DNA of 58,785 bases, the filler included, from Jimgerdemannia flammicorona (taxonomy: Eukaryota): NCBI GenBank assembly GCA_003990765.1. It is 3 parts of 3 records of this genome, joined end to end, with 100 filler letters (N's around TTAATTAATTAA, not from the genome) between each part and the next. Parts side by side here need not be neighbours in the genome. Positions count along the whole stretch, not along the records: positions 1 to 19,534 come from RBNJ01001918.1; positions 19,635 to 39,162 come from RBNJ01001919.1; 1 more part is not named here. The stretch is one strand, 5' to 3'. Below are positions 11,421 through 21,800 of the stretch, piece by piece; within the stretch, counting starts at the first letter, position 1; each line of letters begins with the position of its first letter. Both the position numbers and the translations under genes were made by a program. The notes under the pieces were generated by a model. The model ran no database searches. It was not told the DNA's origin and was given only the letters and a program-made list of their open reading frames with translations.

Positions 11421-11968
11421 GCGATCCGGTCAATCACAAATCACATCAGGAAATTTTTTCCTTGTCCGGATCTAGTTCGTCACGAGTTCGCCCAACAATT
11501 ACCCGTTCGCTGACCCGGGCGCCTACTCTCTAACTACGGACTGCACGAACCAGAACCGCCCCAGAACTCTCTCACCGGACCAGAGAGTGCGAACCAGCGC
11601 CAGGACACTTCCGTTATCAGGACTGGATGTAGACGTCACTAACGGTGACGTTATCATTTACAAATATTATACTAAAAATCCTACATTTTCCAATTACTGA
11701 TATGTGTACTTTGCAAATATATTACTATATCATATTGCTATATTATGTCAGTATAATAGATTAGAAAAAGTATATACAATGTTCAGAATAGTATCAGAAG
11801 AATAGAAAGAATATTCAGACTGTGTAAAAGTATATATATTAAAGGAATTATATGTAACTGTATTTTTGAGTAGAGAACAGACATACTGATTATATTAGAT
11901 TTAGATAGTAAGATTAGTCACATAATTGGTCTTACTTTTCTAGATTATATTGAATTTTTTATATATAT

Positions 11969-12800
11969 TGTGGCATGTGATTTGTATGGATTGTTTGTTG
12001 AATTGCATGGCTCAATATTCACTTTAACTGCTATTCGATTTGTTCCCGCTTCTCGCGTCAAGTTGGAGTTCGCGTGTCGTGAGTCGTTGGTCACGTGACT
12101 GAACTTTCGAAATGGCGAAAGGTGAAAGAACATATGTCGCGGATTCTCTATGTTTCTTGGCAGTCTAGCGTATCCTTGGCTAAGTTTCCCGGCGAGTTTC
12201 CTGGGTCTTGTATCCGATTTCTGTGGTGGCTTAACTGACTTGTATCTTGAGTTTTGGCATGATTTTCTGAAGCACCATTACTAAATGTAGCAGTGTTTCC
12301 TGGTCTTGTATCCAATTTTATTGTTCTTGAGTTTCCTGGCAATTGTTTTGTAGGTTCTCTATGTTTTCTGATAGTGTTCTGATAATTTCTGTGGTCTTGT
12401 ATCTTGAGTTTTGGGTCTTGTATCCAATTCTCTATGGCAGCAGTGGTTTGTATCTTGAATTTTGTAACAATTTTTGAGGTGGCAGCAAAATGGCAAGAGT
12501 AATCCTTTAACTCTTGGAGGCAGTGTATTTCTCTGTAAAACCTTTTTACTTCAAACTTCATCTGACTGAGGTTTATTCACTGCAAGTCAAGGGGGTATTT
12601 ATACAAATTTCAGGCTATATATGAGACTATATAATTATTTGTAACTCATAATTACTAGAAGATACTATTTAGTGCACTTTTAGAAATCAAGTGACTAACT
12701 AGCTAGATAAGGCTAATTTTATATTTGTGATGAATTTGGCTAGTTAATAAGTAGTTACTGTTAATATAACTAACTAACTTACTCAAATTTGCCTAATAGA
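11969..12800 (-). mobile_element. Degenerate LTR related to the Gypsy LTR at 15373-16777 (ends approximate)
   Basis: gactgaggtttattcact..ggggtatttatacaa (12563-12606) matches the TATA/AATAAA block at 16402-16446. Internal tandem repeats of tcttgtatc. Confidence 0.5.
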
Positions 12801-12839
12801 GCATTTATATGCAACTTGAAATTCAATGTAACTGGGATT

Positions 12840-13750
12840 ATATCATCCTTATCTTCCTCTTCATTTTCTTCAAAGAGTCTGACCAAATAATTTTCTACAA
12901 TCTCTACAGTTATGCTGAGATTAGTGAAGAGCTCTGTAGATGATAAAAGAGAACTTGTATACTCCTTCAGAAGGTTGTTAAGATCTTCTTCCCATAAAAT
13001 GAGCAGTTCACTCTACTCTGGTTCTTGAGGTCTCCAACCAATAGTATTGTCATTTACAAAGTAGGGTATATCTATGGAATTCTGAGAGTAGTAAACTCTC
13101 AGAGTGGGGTCTTGGAACAATGCAATCAGACCTTGAAGGAACTGATCTGAGTTGGTCTCTAGAATGGGATTTCAAAGGTCTTAAACCTCATCACTCTTGA
13201 CCATAATAGTAGACTGGACTTCTTCTACAACCATTTTTTCAAGATGGTCTATATAGTGGCTTATCAGTTCTTAAATATCTGAAACCTTGATATATTCCAA
13301 GTTGGAGATAGCCCAGGGTACATGCCTGGATATCTGGTGAGCTTTTTTTTGCCAACTTCTGTTTATATCTATCCAGACATATGACATCTATAATCTCTTA
13401 AGAGCTGGTCTGTGAGAAGTCTTGGTAGAGATAATATCCCAATTCATATTCTTGCCATATCTAGAGATACTTAGTGGTAGTAGAGATCAATGTTTCCATT
13501 TCATAGTAGTAGTATTGGTCTCTTATAAAGAGATTCAGGCTTAGAGTTCTTTTTATATACATTCTCATAGCCTTTTTGATATCAGAGAATATCTCATATT
13601 GGGCTAATGGACCTTAGTGGTTCCTTGATCTTACTGTTTGATAAGTGGTAGGTATTTTATTTTATAGTGAGTTTTCTATTTATGAATAATACCTTATACT
13701 CCTTTTTGATAGTTCTTTTATATTCTAAGAGTTTTTTTCTTTCATCTAGA
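12840..13750 (-). pseudogene. Stop-riddled ORF remnant abutting an LTR, unknown protein with acidic C-terminus
   Basis: Minus-strand peptides FLQGLIALFQDPTLRVYYSQNSIDIPYFVNDNTIGWRPQEP and IVENYLVRLFEENEEEDKDD; no pol motifs seen. Confidence 0.35.
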
Positions 13751-15372
13751 GAGTAGAGTCACCTGATTTGGAGTAGTATACTGCTGAGATCACTATGTAT
13801 TACAATGAGTTCAGATGCAGATAATCTTCTGGTCAAGATGAGTCACAGTTGAGTCATAATTTGTAACTAGAGACTTATGACGTCTGAGCAGTCCCTGACT
13901 TCTGATGTCATCAGTTTCAAAGGTGTCATCACAATATATTGATAGAGAAAATAATTTTTAATAAGAATATAAATATTAATATTATAAACTGAATAATAAA
14001 GAATACTTAGCATAGTTAACCCATATAGTTACCTATATATTCTATCAATTTATATAAATAATCAGATATACTTGTCCTCTGAGAGAATGTTTATCTCTTG
14101 AGAGAACAATTATTCTCTGAAAGAACATCTGTCCTCCAAGAGAACAAGTAGTTATATCTTCTCTAAATTAGTCTTATAGTATATTTAATAATTATTCAGA
14201 TATATAGTAACTAGATAGTAACTGAACTTATATAAAATACTCTAGAGATTCAAGTAAAAAAACCTCTATCTGAAAAGTCAAAGAAATATAATAGCCTATT
14301 ATCTGATATATATACTTAGGAGAAATATCTGCTAAAAGTTACTTAATTTAGAAAGAATTACAATACTTAAGATATAGGTCTATATACCAATAAGCTACTT
14401 CTATGAAGTTGTAAACTTTATTTTTTTTCACTTAAGTCTACTTACTAATATAAAGAAGTTCACCAATTTTGGTCTGATTATCAGATTAAGTCTAAAGAGA
14501 AAGTTGTCAAAATTGTTTATATTATACAATAAGAGAACTTAAACCTTTAGAAACTGAAAATTTTATTACTTTTTAACAAAGTAACTAAGGACTCAAGCTA
14601 AGCTACATTGCTGCCTCACATTATAATTTATCTTTATTGAGTCAGTATATTATATTTGAGAAGATTTTAAAATATATATATATAACTTTTTAACTTATAA
14701 AACTCAACACTCAATCTAGAGATTAATATGTACTACTGAAATATTTGATATAGTATTAATTTTTATAACTATAGAAGATAGAATATAATAAAGTATTTAA
14801 ATAGAAAGAGAAGTAATCACCTTAAGATTTAGAAATTACTCACTTTCAGAAGATCTCTATTGTGGAATACTTGGAAGAGTAGAGAGAAGAAGGAGGGTAT
14901 TGTTTATTAATGCTAACTTATACACTTTTATATATATTGATGATATTTATATAATAACATAGTCAGGCTACTATATATCAAGTTGTTATAACTGAGATAT
15001 TATAATACTTCCACTCAATGAGATATATTCCAGAATAGACAAAATATACAAATAAAAGACTAACTAAACACAACCAACTGAATACTATCTAGATGATCAG
15101 AAAAGATCAAAACTCTCTACTTATAAGTATGAAAACAGGTCAAGAATGTAGTGAAAGACTAGTAATATAGATCCAGAATAAAGGATGTAAAAAATGTTAG
15201 AGAAATATATATAAGATACACAGAAATGTAGAGATATATATAAGATATAGTGGAAGACTTTTAGAAGCCAGAAAGGTCCCATAATCTTTATTGAAATACT
15301 TGAATATTGATTATTAGCATATAGTTCCCATTGATATAGAGTTGCTTATTATAAGTCTCATTCCTTATATAT

Positions 15373-16777
15373 TGTAAGTGCCGGCTCAATGGAGGCAAAT
15401 TACAAGGTTTGGGGTTGATGTAGTTTGGCTTGAGCCCCCAGTTACTTTGTCAAAAAGCAACAAAATGTTCTTGGTGTTTAGCAGTATAATAGTCAAGATC
15501 TGGATACTGTGCGAGCGATTTCCTTATTGGGACAGTTCTCTGGGTGTAGCGGCAATTTGTGTGTCTTTTCCTTCTTGGGTCAACTGGGAATGGCAGAATT
15601 TTGTGTATAGCGCGAGCGGTTTCCTTCTTGAGTGACGATCTCTGATTTCTGCATGACGATCTTAGTGCGGCGATCTCTGTGTAGCGCGACGATCTCCTTA
15701 TGCATGATGGTCTGGCAATTTAGTGGTTCTCCTTATGCAGATTTGGTGGATAACTCGATTTGGCTCACTGGGAATATTTGGCGCAGTTTCTTCTATACCG
15801 GGCTCACTGGGAATGACGAATAACTCGAAAGTGGTGGACGATGCAGATTTGGCGGGCTTCTTGAAAACGGCAGCTTAACTGGGAATTAACTTGGATGGTG
15901 CGGATTCTTCCTGAATCGGCAGGGTTCTTCTGGGAAACGGGATGGTGCGGATTCTTCTAAATCGGCGGCTTCAACTGGGAATATGAACTGCTGGCGGCGT
16001 TCTTTTGGGAAAGGGTCTCTTGGCAAAGTTACATCAAAGACTGGCTTCGTTTGCACAGGGTTACATTGTAGACTGGCTCCACTGCGAAGTTGCATCAGAA
16101 ACTGGCTTGAGCAAGGCGGCTTTCTCTTAGGCAGTGGAAAGGTGGAAATCTTCAGGCTTATCTGGCAAGCGAACCAAGGGTTTCTCTTCAAAAAGCGGCG
16201 AAGTTCTTCTTGAACTTAGGTGGCAAGTCTTCAGGCTTATCTGGCAAGCAAACCAATAGTTCCAAAGGCAGCGAAGTTCTTCCTCAAACTTGGCGGCAAA
16301 ATCAGCTTTGTATCGGAAAGTGGACCAGAGTGGAAAGGGGACCGGAGTGGAAAGGGGACCAATGCTCAAACTTTAGAGGCTTGTTTGGTATTTGTATTTC
16401 GGACTGAGGTTTTATTCACTCTTGCCTCTGGGGTAATTTATACAAGTTGGTTGCTATCTGGTTACTATGCGGCTAACTATAGATTTGTTATTTTTGGTAA
16501 TGTTTGGGTGTATCCTCTGGGTACAGGTGTGTCCGCAGGACATGAGTGTGTCCACAGGACATGAGTGTGTCTGCAGGACATGAGTGTGTCTGCCAGACAT
16601 GAGTGTGTCCTCAGGACATAGGTAAACAATCCTGATCTGGTGTCTTGGCTAATTATAAGTGTGGTGGGCATGAGTAACTATGATATACTGGAAGTCACAT
16701 CATGCTGAGTAAGTATACTAATTGTTCGCGTCATTTGGCTAAGTTATAATTCAGGTGGTACGTTTTGGTCTGTTACA
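15373..16777 (-). repeat. 3' LTR, 1405 bp
   Basis: Termini TGTAA...TTACA. TATA and AATAAA near 16410-16445, 20-bp tandem repeats at 16525-16620, and homology to 37712-39162. Confidence 0.9.
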
Positions 16778-16792
16778 TTAGCCCCCACTGAA
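16778..16792 (-). promoter_or_regulatory. Polypurine-tract (PPT)-like plus-strand primer site
   Basis: Minus strand ..ttcagtgggggctaa lies immediately before the LTR start TGTAACA. Confidence 0.6.
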
Positions 16793-16816
16793 GGGTAGTC
16801 TGTCTCAGACTATTCT

Positions 16817-17329
16817 TCAGTCATCATCCCAATAGACATAGGCCACTTCTGCATCTATACCTGTTCCATCATCATCCTCTGAGCTGTGGTCACTCCATTC
16901 CAGGGACTCTTCTTCTTCCTCAGGAAATAGGATCTCCACTTGATGAATAATGCTGAGGTAGGTGGGTTGTGTCATCCTTTGGAGGTCATTCAGGGAAAAC
17001 TGGGCCTGGATTAAGGCAGAAGGATTTCGTTTGTATATTGTGTATAGTCTGTCTGCAGCGGTAGTATTCCTTCTGTTCAGGCCAGTGGTGTTTTGGACAT
17101 AGGCTAGGTCTGGGAGAGGAAGATTTTGCAATTGTTCTCCAATTGCATAATATGCCTATAGCTGGTGGACCTGGAGTAGCCTTTCGGCCAAAGTGAGGTT
17201 CTCTTGATGAACTCAGATTCTCTGAAGATAGGTTCCATTGGGTTCTCTGAACTGAGGCAGGGGAACTGGTAGGGCTTGGAGGGAACTGAGAACAAGAGTT
17301 TGGAGGCGGTTGTCAATTCTCTGATTCAT
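16817..17329 (-). pseudogene. Extra 170-codon ORF between integrase and PPT
   Basis: ATG at 17329 reads MNQRIDNRLQTLV..QRI*VHQENLTLAERLLQVHQL*AYYAIGEQLQNLPLPDL..AADRLYTIY..EEEEESLEWSDHSSEDDD. It is one frame with two stops explicable as CGA>TGA and CAG>TAG. Confidence 0.7.
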
Positions 17330-18392
17330 GGTATGAGAGGAAGTATATCTTGAGGTGATTGATGTGTACTGGTGTTCTCAGGGTTCGTCCATCCATGCTT
17401 CTTAAATAGATGCTGGTTCCTCTGATGTTGTGTACAAGATAAGGTCCTTCCCATTTTGGTTCCAGTTTGGTGGCAAAGTTTGTCTCAATCATGCTTCTCC
17501 AAACTAGGACTTGATCTCCAATCTTGATCTCCTGATCCTTCTGTTTTTGATTATAGTACTTTTTTTGTCTTTTCTGGGCTTTGATAATCTGTCCTTGGGC
17601 TTGATTTCGTAACTGTTCTGCCTTCTTGAGGAGGTCTCCGAGATTCTCATGGTCAGCAGTTCTGGTTTTCTTGGCAAACATCATTTTGAATGGCTTTTGT
17701 TTGGTTGATGTGGCAGGGGTGTTCCGAATTTCCCATAGGATCTCAGGTAAGCAGAGGTCCCAATTAATAGGGTTGACTCAGGCAAGTCCTTTCTTGATAG
17801 TCTGGTTCATTCTTTCTGTCATGCCATTGGTCTGGGGGTGGTATGATGTGGTCCTTTTGAGGTGGATCTTGTGAATTCGGGCATAACTTGTGATTATGTT
17901 GTTGATGAATTCTGAGCCTCGGTCAGAGATGAGTTCTTCTGGAGGTCCATATCTGAGTGTGAGTCCATGGAGGAGACCTACAATGGTTAAGGCATCTGCA
18001 ATTTCCATTGGAAAAGCCTTGGGCCACTTGATCAGATGTTCTACAAATACAAGGATGTATTTGTTTCTTCTTGGTGTAACTGGTAGAGGTCCAATTACGT
18101 CTACTCCCCATCTTTGAAAGATGTGAGTGGGTGGAGGAATCGGTTGCAGAGGGGCTTGATAGTTCTTCTTTCCTTGGTATTTCTGGCAGGTTTCACATTT
18201 CTGAATGATGTCTTGGACTTGAGTTCTGAGGTGGGGCCAATGTTGATATTCTTTTCGAATCCTCTCTTCTATGCTTGTCTGTCCTTGGTGGGCTTTCTGA
18301 TGTTCTTTTCGGATAAGATCTTCTTGTGCTTTGATGGTCTGAGGAGCTTCCTTTAGGGTGTGGTTCCTCGGGACACCCTTCATCTGATTCAT
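17313..18392 (-). pseudogene. Gypsy integrase (disrupted)
   Basis: HHCC finger (HQKAHQG..CETC), WGVDVIGPLP, ISDRGSEF, YHPQTNGMTERMN and LEPKWEGPY. Split over two ORFs, with no chromodomain. Confidence 0.92.
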
Positions 18393-19534
18393 TGGGGCTG
18401 GTGGGAAAGTACATCAACATTGTTGTGGGCTTTCCCTGCTTTGTGAATGATGGTGATTTTGTAATCCTGAAGGATAAGGATCCAGTGGGCTAGAATTCTG
18501 GCAGGTTCCTTGCGGTTGAATAGCCATTTGAGGGCTGCATGGTCTGTAATCAGGGTGAACCTTTTTCTGATGAGGTAATGCTTGAACAGGGTGACCACCC
18601 ATATGACTGCAAGACACTCCAGTTTGGTGCTACCATAGTTTGTCTGCTGCTGATTGGTAGCTCTGCTTGCATAAGCTATCACATGGTGCTGTTGGTCAGG
18701 TCCTTCTTGGGCTAGAACTGCTCCTAGGCCATCTTTGGAAGCATCTGTATACAAGATGAATGGCTTCTGTAGATTGGGGTGTACAAGGATTGGTGCTGTA
18801 GTCATGCGGTTCTTGAGTTCTCTGAAGGCTTTTTCCTGTGATTCTGTCCATTTGAATGTCATTCCTTTCTTGAGAAGGATTCGGATTGGGGCAGCAATTT
18901 GGGCAAAATCCTTGATGAACCTTCTGTAGTAGGATACTAGCATCAGGAATGATAGTGTTTCTTTTGGAGTCTTGGGTACTGGCCAATTGTTGATCTTCTC
19001 AGTTTTCTTTGGGTCTGCATGAGTTCCTTCTTTTGAGACCACAAATCCTAGGAATTCGAGTTTCTGTTTTCCAAAGTAGCATTTCTTTGCATTCAGTCTC
19101 AAGTGATTCTTGTGGGTGAGCTTGAAGAATTCCTCTAGGTAGTGCAGGTGTTCTTCGAAATTTGCTGAGTAGATGTTGGAATCATCTATGTATACAATCA
19201 GGCAGTAGTGGATCAAGGGAGCATAGACTGAATTCATCATCCTCTGGAAGGTGGGGGGTGCATTGCAAAGTCCAAAGGGCATTCGGAGGTATTCAAACAG
19301 TTTCCCTAGAGCAAGGAAAGCTGTCTTTTGAATGTCCTTGGGGTCCATGGGGATCTCATGGAATCCTGCGAAGAGGTCCATACTGCTGAAGTATCTGGCA
19401 TCTTGTAACTGGTCCAAAAGGTCATCGATTCTGGGCAAAGGATAAGCATCCTTTTCAGTGACTGAGTTGAGTTTTCTGTAATCCACGCAGAGTCTCCATC
19501 CTCCTTTCTTTGGTACAATAAGTATAGGGCTGGC
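18389..19534 (-). CDS. Gypsy reverse transcriptase-RNase H (partial pol)
   Basis: DYRKLN, YPLPRIDDLL, MPFGLCNAP, YIDD, LYTDAS and LITDHAAL motifs. Confidence 0.95.
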   Translation of the reverse strand, partial: ASPILIVPKKGGWRLCVDYRKLNSVTEKDAYPLPRIDDLLDQLQDARYFSSMDLFAGFHEIPMDPKDIQKTAFLALGKLFEYLRMPFGLCNAPPTFQRMMNSVYAPLIHYCLIVYIDDSNIYSANFEEHLHYLEEFFKLTHKNHLRLNAKKCYFGKQKLEFLGFVVSKEGTHADPKKTEKINNWPVPKTPKETLSFLMLVSYYRRFIKDFAQIAAPIRILLKKGMTFKWTESQEKAFRELKNRMTTAPILVHPNLQKPFILYTDASKDGLGAVLAQEGPDQQHHVIAYASRATNQQQTNYGSTKLECLAVIWVVTLFKHYLIRKRFTLITDHAALKWLFNRKEPARILAHWILILQDYKITIIHKAGKAHNNVDVLSHQPQ

Positions 19535-19634
19535 NNNNNNNNNNNNNNNNNNNNNNNNNNNNNNNNNNNNNNNNNNNNTTAATTAATTAANNNNNNNNNN
19601 NNNNNNNNNNNNNNNNNNNNNNNNNNNNNNNNNN
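19535..19634. other. Artificial scaffold spacer
   Basis: N44-TTAATTAATTAA-N44, giving stops in all six frames. Confidence 0.95.
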
Positions 19635-20374
19635 AAAAAAAAAAAAAAAAAAAAAACGAAAATGAAACCTAGACTGCGCCTGTGTCATTTACAATTGTTA
19701 TCAGAAAGGGGATAAGGGAAGGGTGACATTAGGGCAGGGGATAGGGGACAGGGGGCAGGAGACAGGGTACGGAAAAATACAATTGTGATGTGCAATACGA
19801 ACGGTTATCGAGTGACTGACTGGCTGTTCCTAAGATTCGGAAACAGGGGCATTGATTTCTGCTGCTGTCGTTATGCACCGATCCACCATGTTGCACGAAT
19901 TAGAGCCAATAATTATTCTCCGAACTGATCTGTCACACCTTCGATTATTAATTATTGTGGCGGACCATGAGGAAAACTATGTCATCAACACGTCATCAGT
20001 TCTTATCAGTTCTTTATTGAATCAATGAAAATGACAAAATCGTTGAAACAAACGAGCTTGAAAGAAATTCTTTTCGAATTATTATTGTACTGACTAAATT
20101 CGAATATAAGCAAGCTATCAAAACTGAGAAGGAGTGTAGTTTTCCCAGCAAATATCTACTAATGGGGTATAAGGGGTGTGGGGGGTGGATTGTTGGGATT
20201 GTTGACTTTCCTTAAGCTGGATGTTCTGTACTAGTTCAATCATCTTCTTGTCTTCTTTTGCTGTAGTTTTACTACACTTCTTATTCTCTTTTGCTGTATT
20301 TTTACCATACTTCTTAACTTCTTTTGTTATATTTTTATCATACTATTCTTTGTCTGAGTACTGCTATAATGACT

Positions 20375-20820
20375 TCAGAGACTTGATTGCTTTCTTAGTA
20401 TCAATGCAGTTATCTGAATATGAATAGAAGATAGATGAGCAAACATGCACAGATCATTAGTTTGATTTCATCACATAGCTATATATAATACTTTATATAG
20501 TTCTGATATGTATACTGAAAAGATTCAGCTTAGTTAAGATCATATTCTGCTGAGACTTGACTAGGACATGTATCTCCTTGGTACCAATGCTGTTGTCTGA
20601 ATATCATTAGTTTGATTCTATTATATAGCTATATATAGTGCTTTATATAGTTCTGACATACTTTTGAGATTCAGCTCAGTTAAGATTATATTCTACTTTA
20701 TAAACTCAGCCTCCTCAGTACTAATACTATTATCTGAATATAAACAGAAGATCATTAGTTTGATTCTATCATGCAACTGTATATAGTGCTTTATATAGTT
20801 CTGATACACTTTTGAGATTC

Positions 20821-20880
<60 letters not shown>

Positions 20881-21700
20881 GTTACTCAGACTTTATTTAT
20901 TCCTAATTAATCTAACTTATATATTATACAATAACTCCACTCCCTAACCAATTTCTCTGGGGGGACTATATCCTATCTCTTTATAGTAAAAGGTCACAAG
21001 ACTATTAGCTATCACAACTCTCTCACTACTCTATTTATAAATTATCTCTACAAGTTGATAATAATAACTACTCTAAGAGCTCTACCCCATCTATCAATCA
21101 GATAGAATATCTCTCATCAATTCTTCTCATCTCAACAAATACTCCTTTAAACTTATTTATCTCTTCTCCTCAAATATATATAACTAATATCTAGCTAACT
21201 CTATCTATACTATTAAAATCTATCTTATAGTGAGCCACTTATTACTGATACAATCTATCAATCTTCTCTCAAATTATCTCAGCAATTCTACTCACCATCC
21301 TCTCTCCTCACAACTCTAAGTCAATTATCAATCACTATCCAAAAGTCTTCAAGCACTCTGCACTTACCTAATTAATATTTAGACAACTGTATAAAACTCT
21401 CTTTCTACTCTCTGAATAGAAGTTCAATATGATATTCTTCTGCAGTATATACTATTTGAGATTCAGCTCAGTTAAGGTTATGTTCTGCTTCAGAGACTCA
21501 GCTAGAGTATATATCTCTTTAATACTAATATTATTATTTAAATATAAACAGAAGATCATTAGTTTGATTTTATTATATAGCTATATATAGTGTTTTATAT
21601 AGTTCTGATATACTTTTGAAATTCAGCTCAGTCAAAGTTATATTTTACTTCAGAGACTCAGCTAGAACATATGACTTCTTACCACCAATACTATTATCTA
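20375..21700 (-). pseudogene. RNI-like/NLRC3-type leucine-rich-repeat pseudogene, one LRR per exon
   Basis: ~150-bp repeating unit of exon plus intron. Exons read DNSIGGKKSYVLAESLK*NITLTELNF and DNSIGTKEIHVLVKSQQNMILTKLNL. The repeated introns have GT, an ACTAAT branch site and AG. Confidence 0.75.
20823..21454 (-). mobile_element. 5'-truncated LINE copy inserted in the LRR pseudogene
   Basis: Poly(T) at 20823-20878. The 3' end gtaactata(A)n is shared with the LINE ending at 34140. 12-bp TSD tttgagattcag at 20811-20822 and 21455-21466. Confidence 0.8.
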
Positions 21701-21709
21701 AATACTATA

Positions 21710-21800
21710 GTAATAAGAGCTATAATAAGAACTATAATAAGAGCTATAATAATGAGAACTGCAATAAGAGCTATAATGAGAGTTATAATAAGAGCATAAG
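21710..21800. repeat. 12-bp tandem repeat (taataagagcta)~7
   Basis: Directly visible. Confidence 0.8.

Larger units (their letters stand above)
15373..19534 (-). mobile_element. Ty3/Gypsy LTR retrotransposon, 3' half (cut by assembly gap)
   Basis: Order RT-RNaseH-integrase(GPY)-extra ORF-PPT-LTR on the minus strand. Confidence 0.95.

Noticed and set aside
13900..15372. Additional LTR(s) in the very AT-rich stretch
   Set aside because: Probably TE-derived (20-bp repeats at 14070-14150), but too mutated to assign termini or TSDs.
19535..19634. TTAATTAATTAA palindrome within N runs (also 39163-39262)
   Set aside because: Identical synthetic six-frame-stop linker in both gaps; not biological.
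20450..21700. ~150-bp repeats as a CRISPR-like or non-coding satellite array
   Set aside because: Eukaryotic context, no unique spacers or cas genes, and the units translate as LRR exons plus introns.
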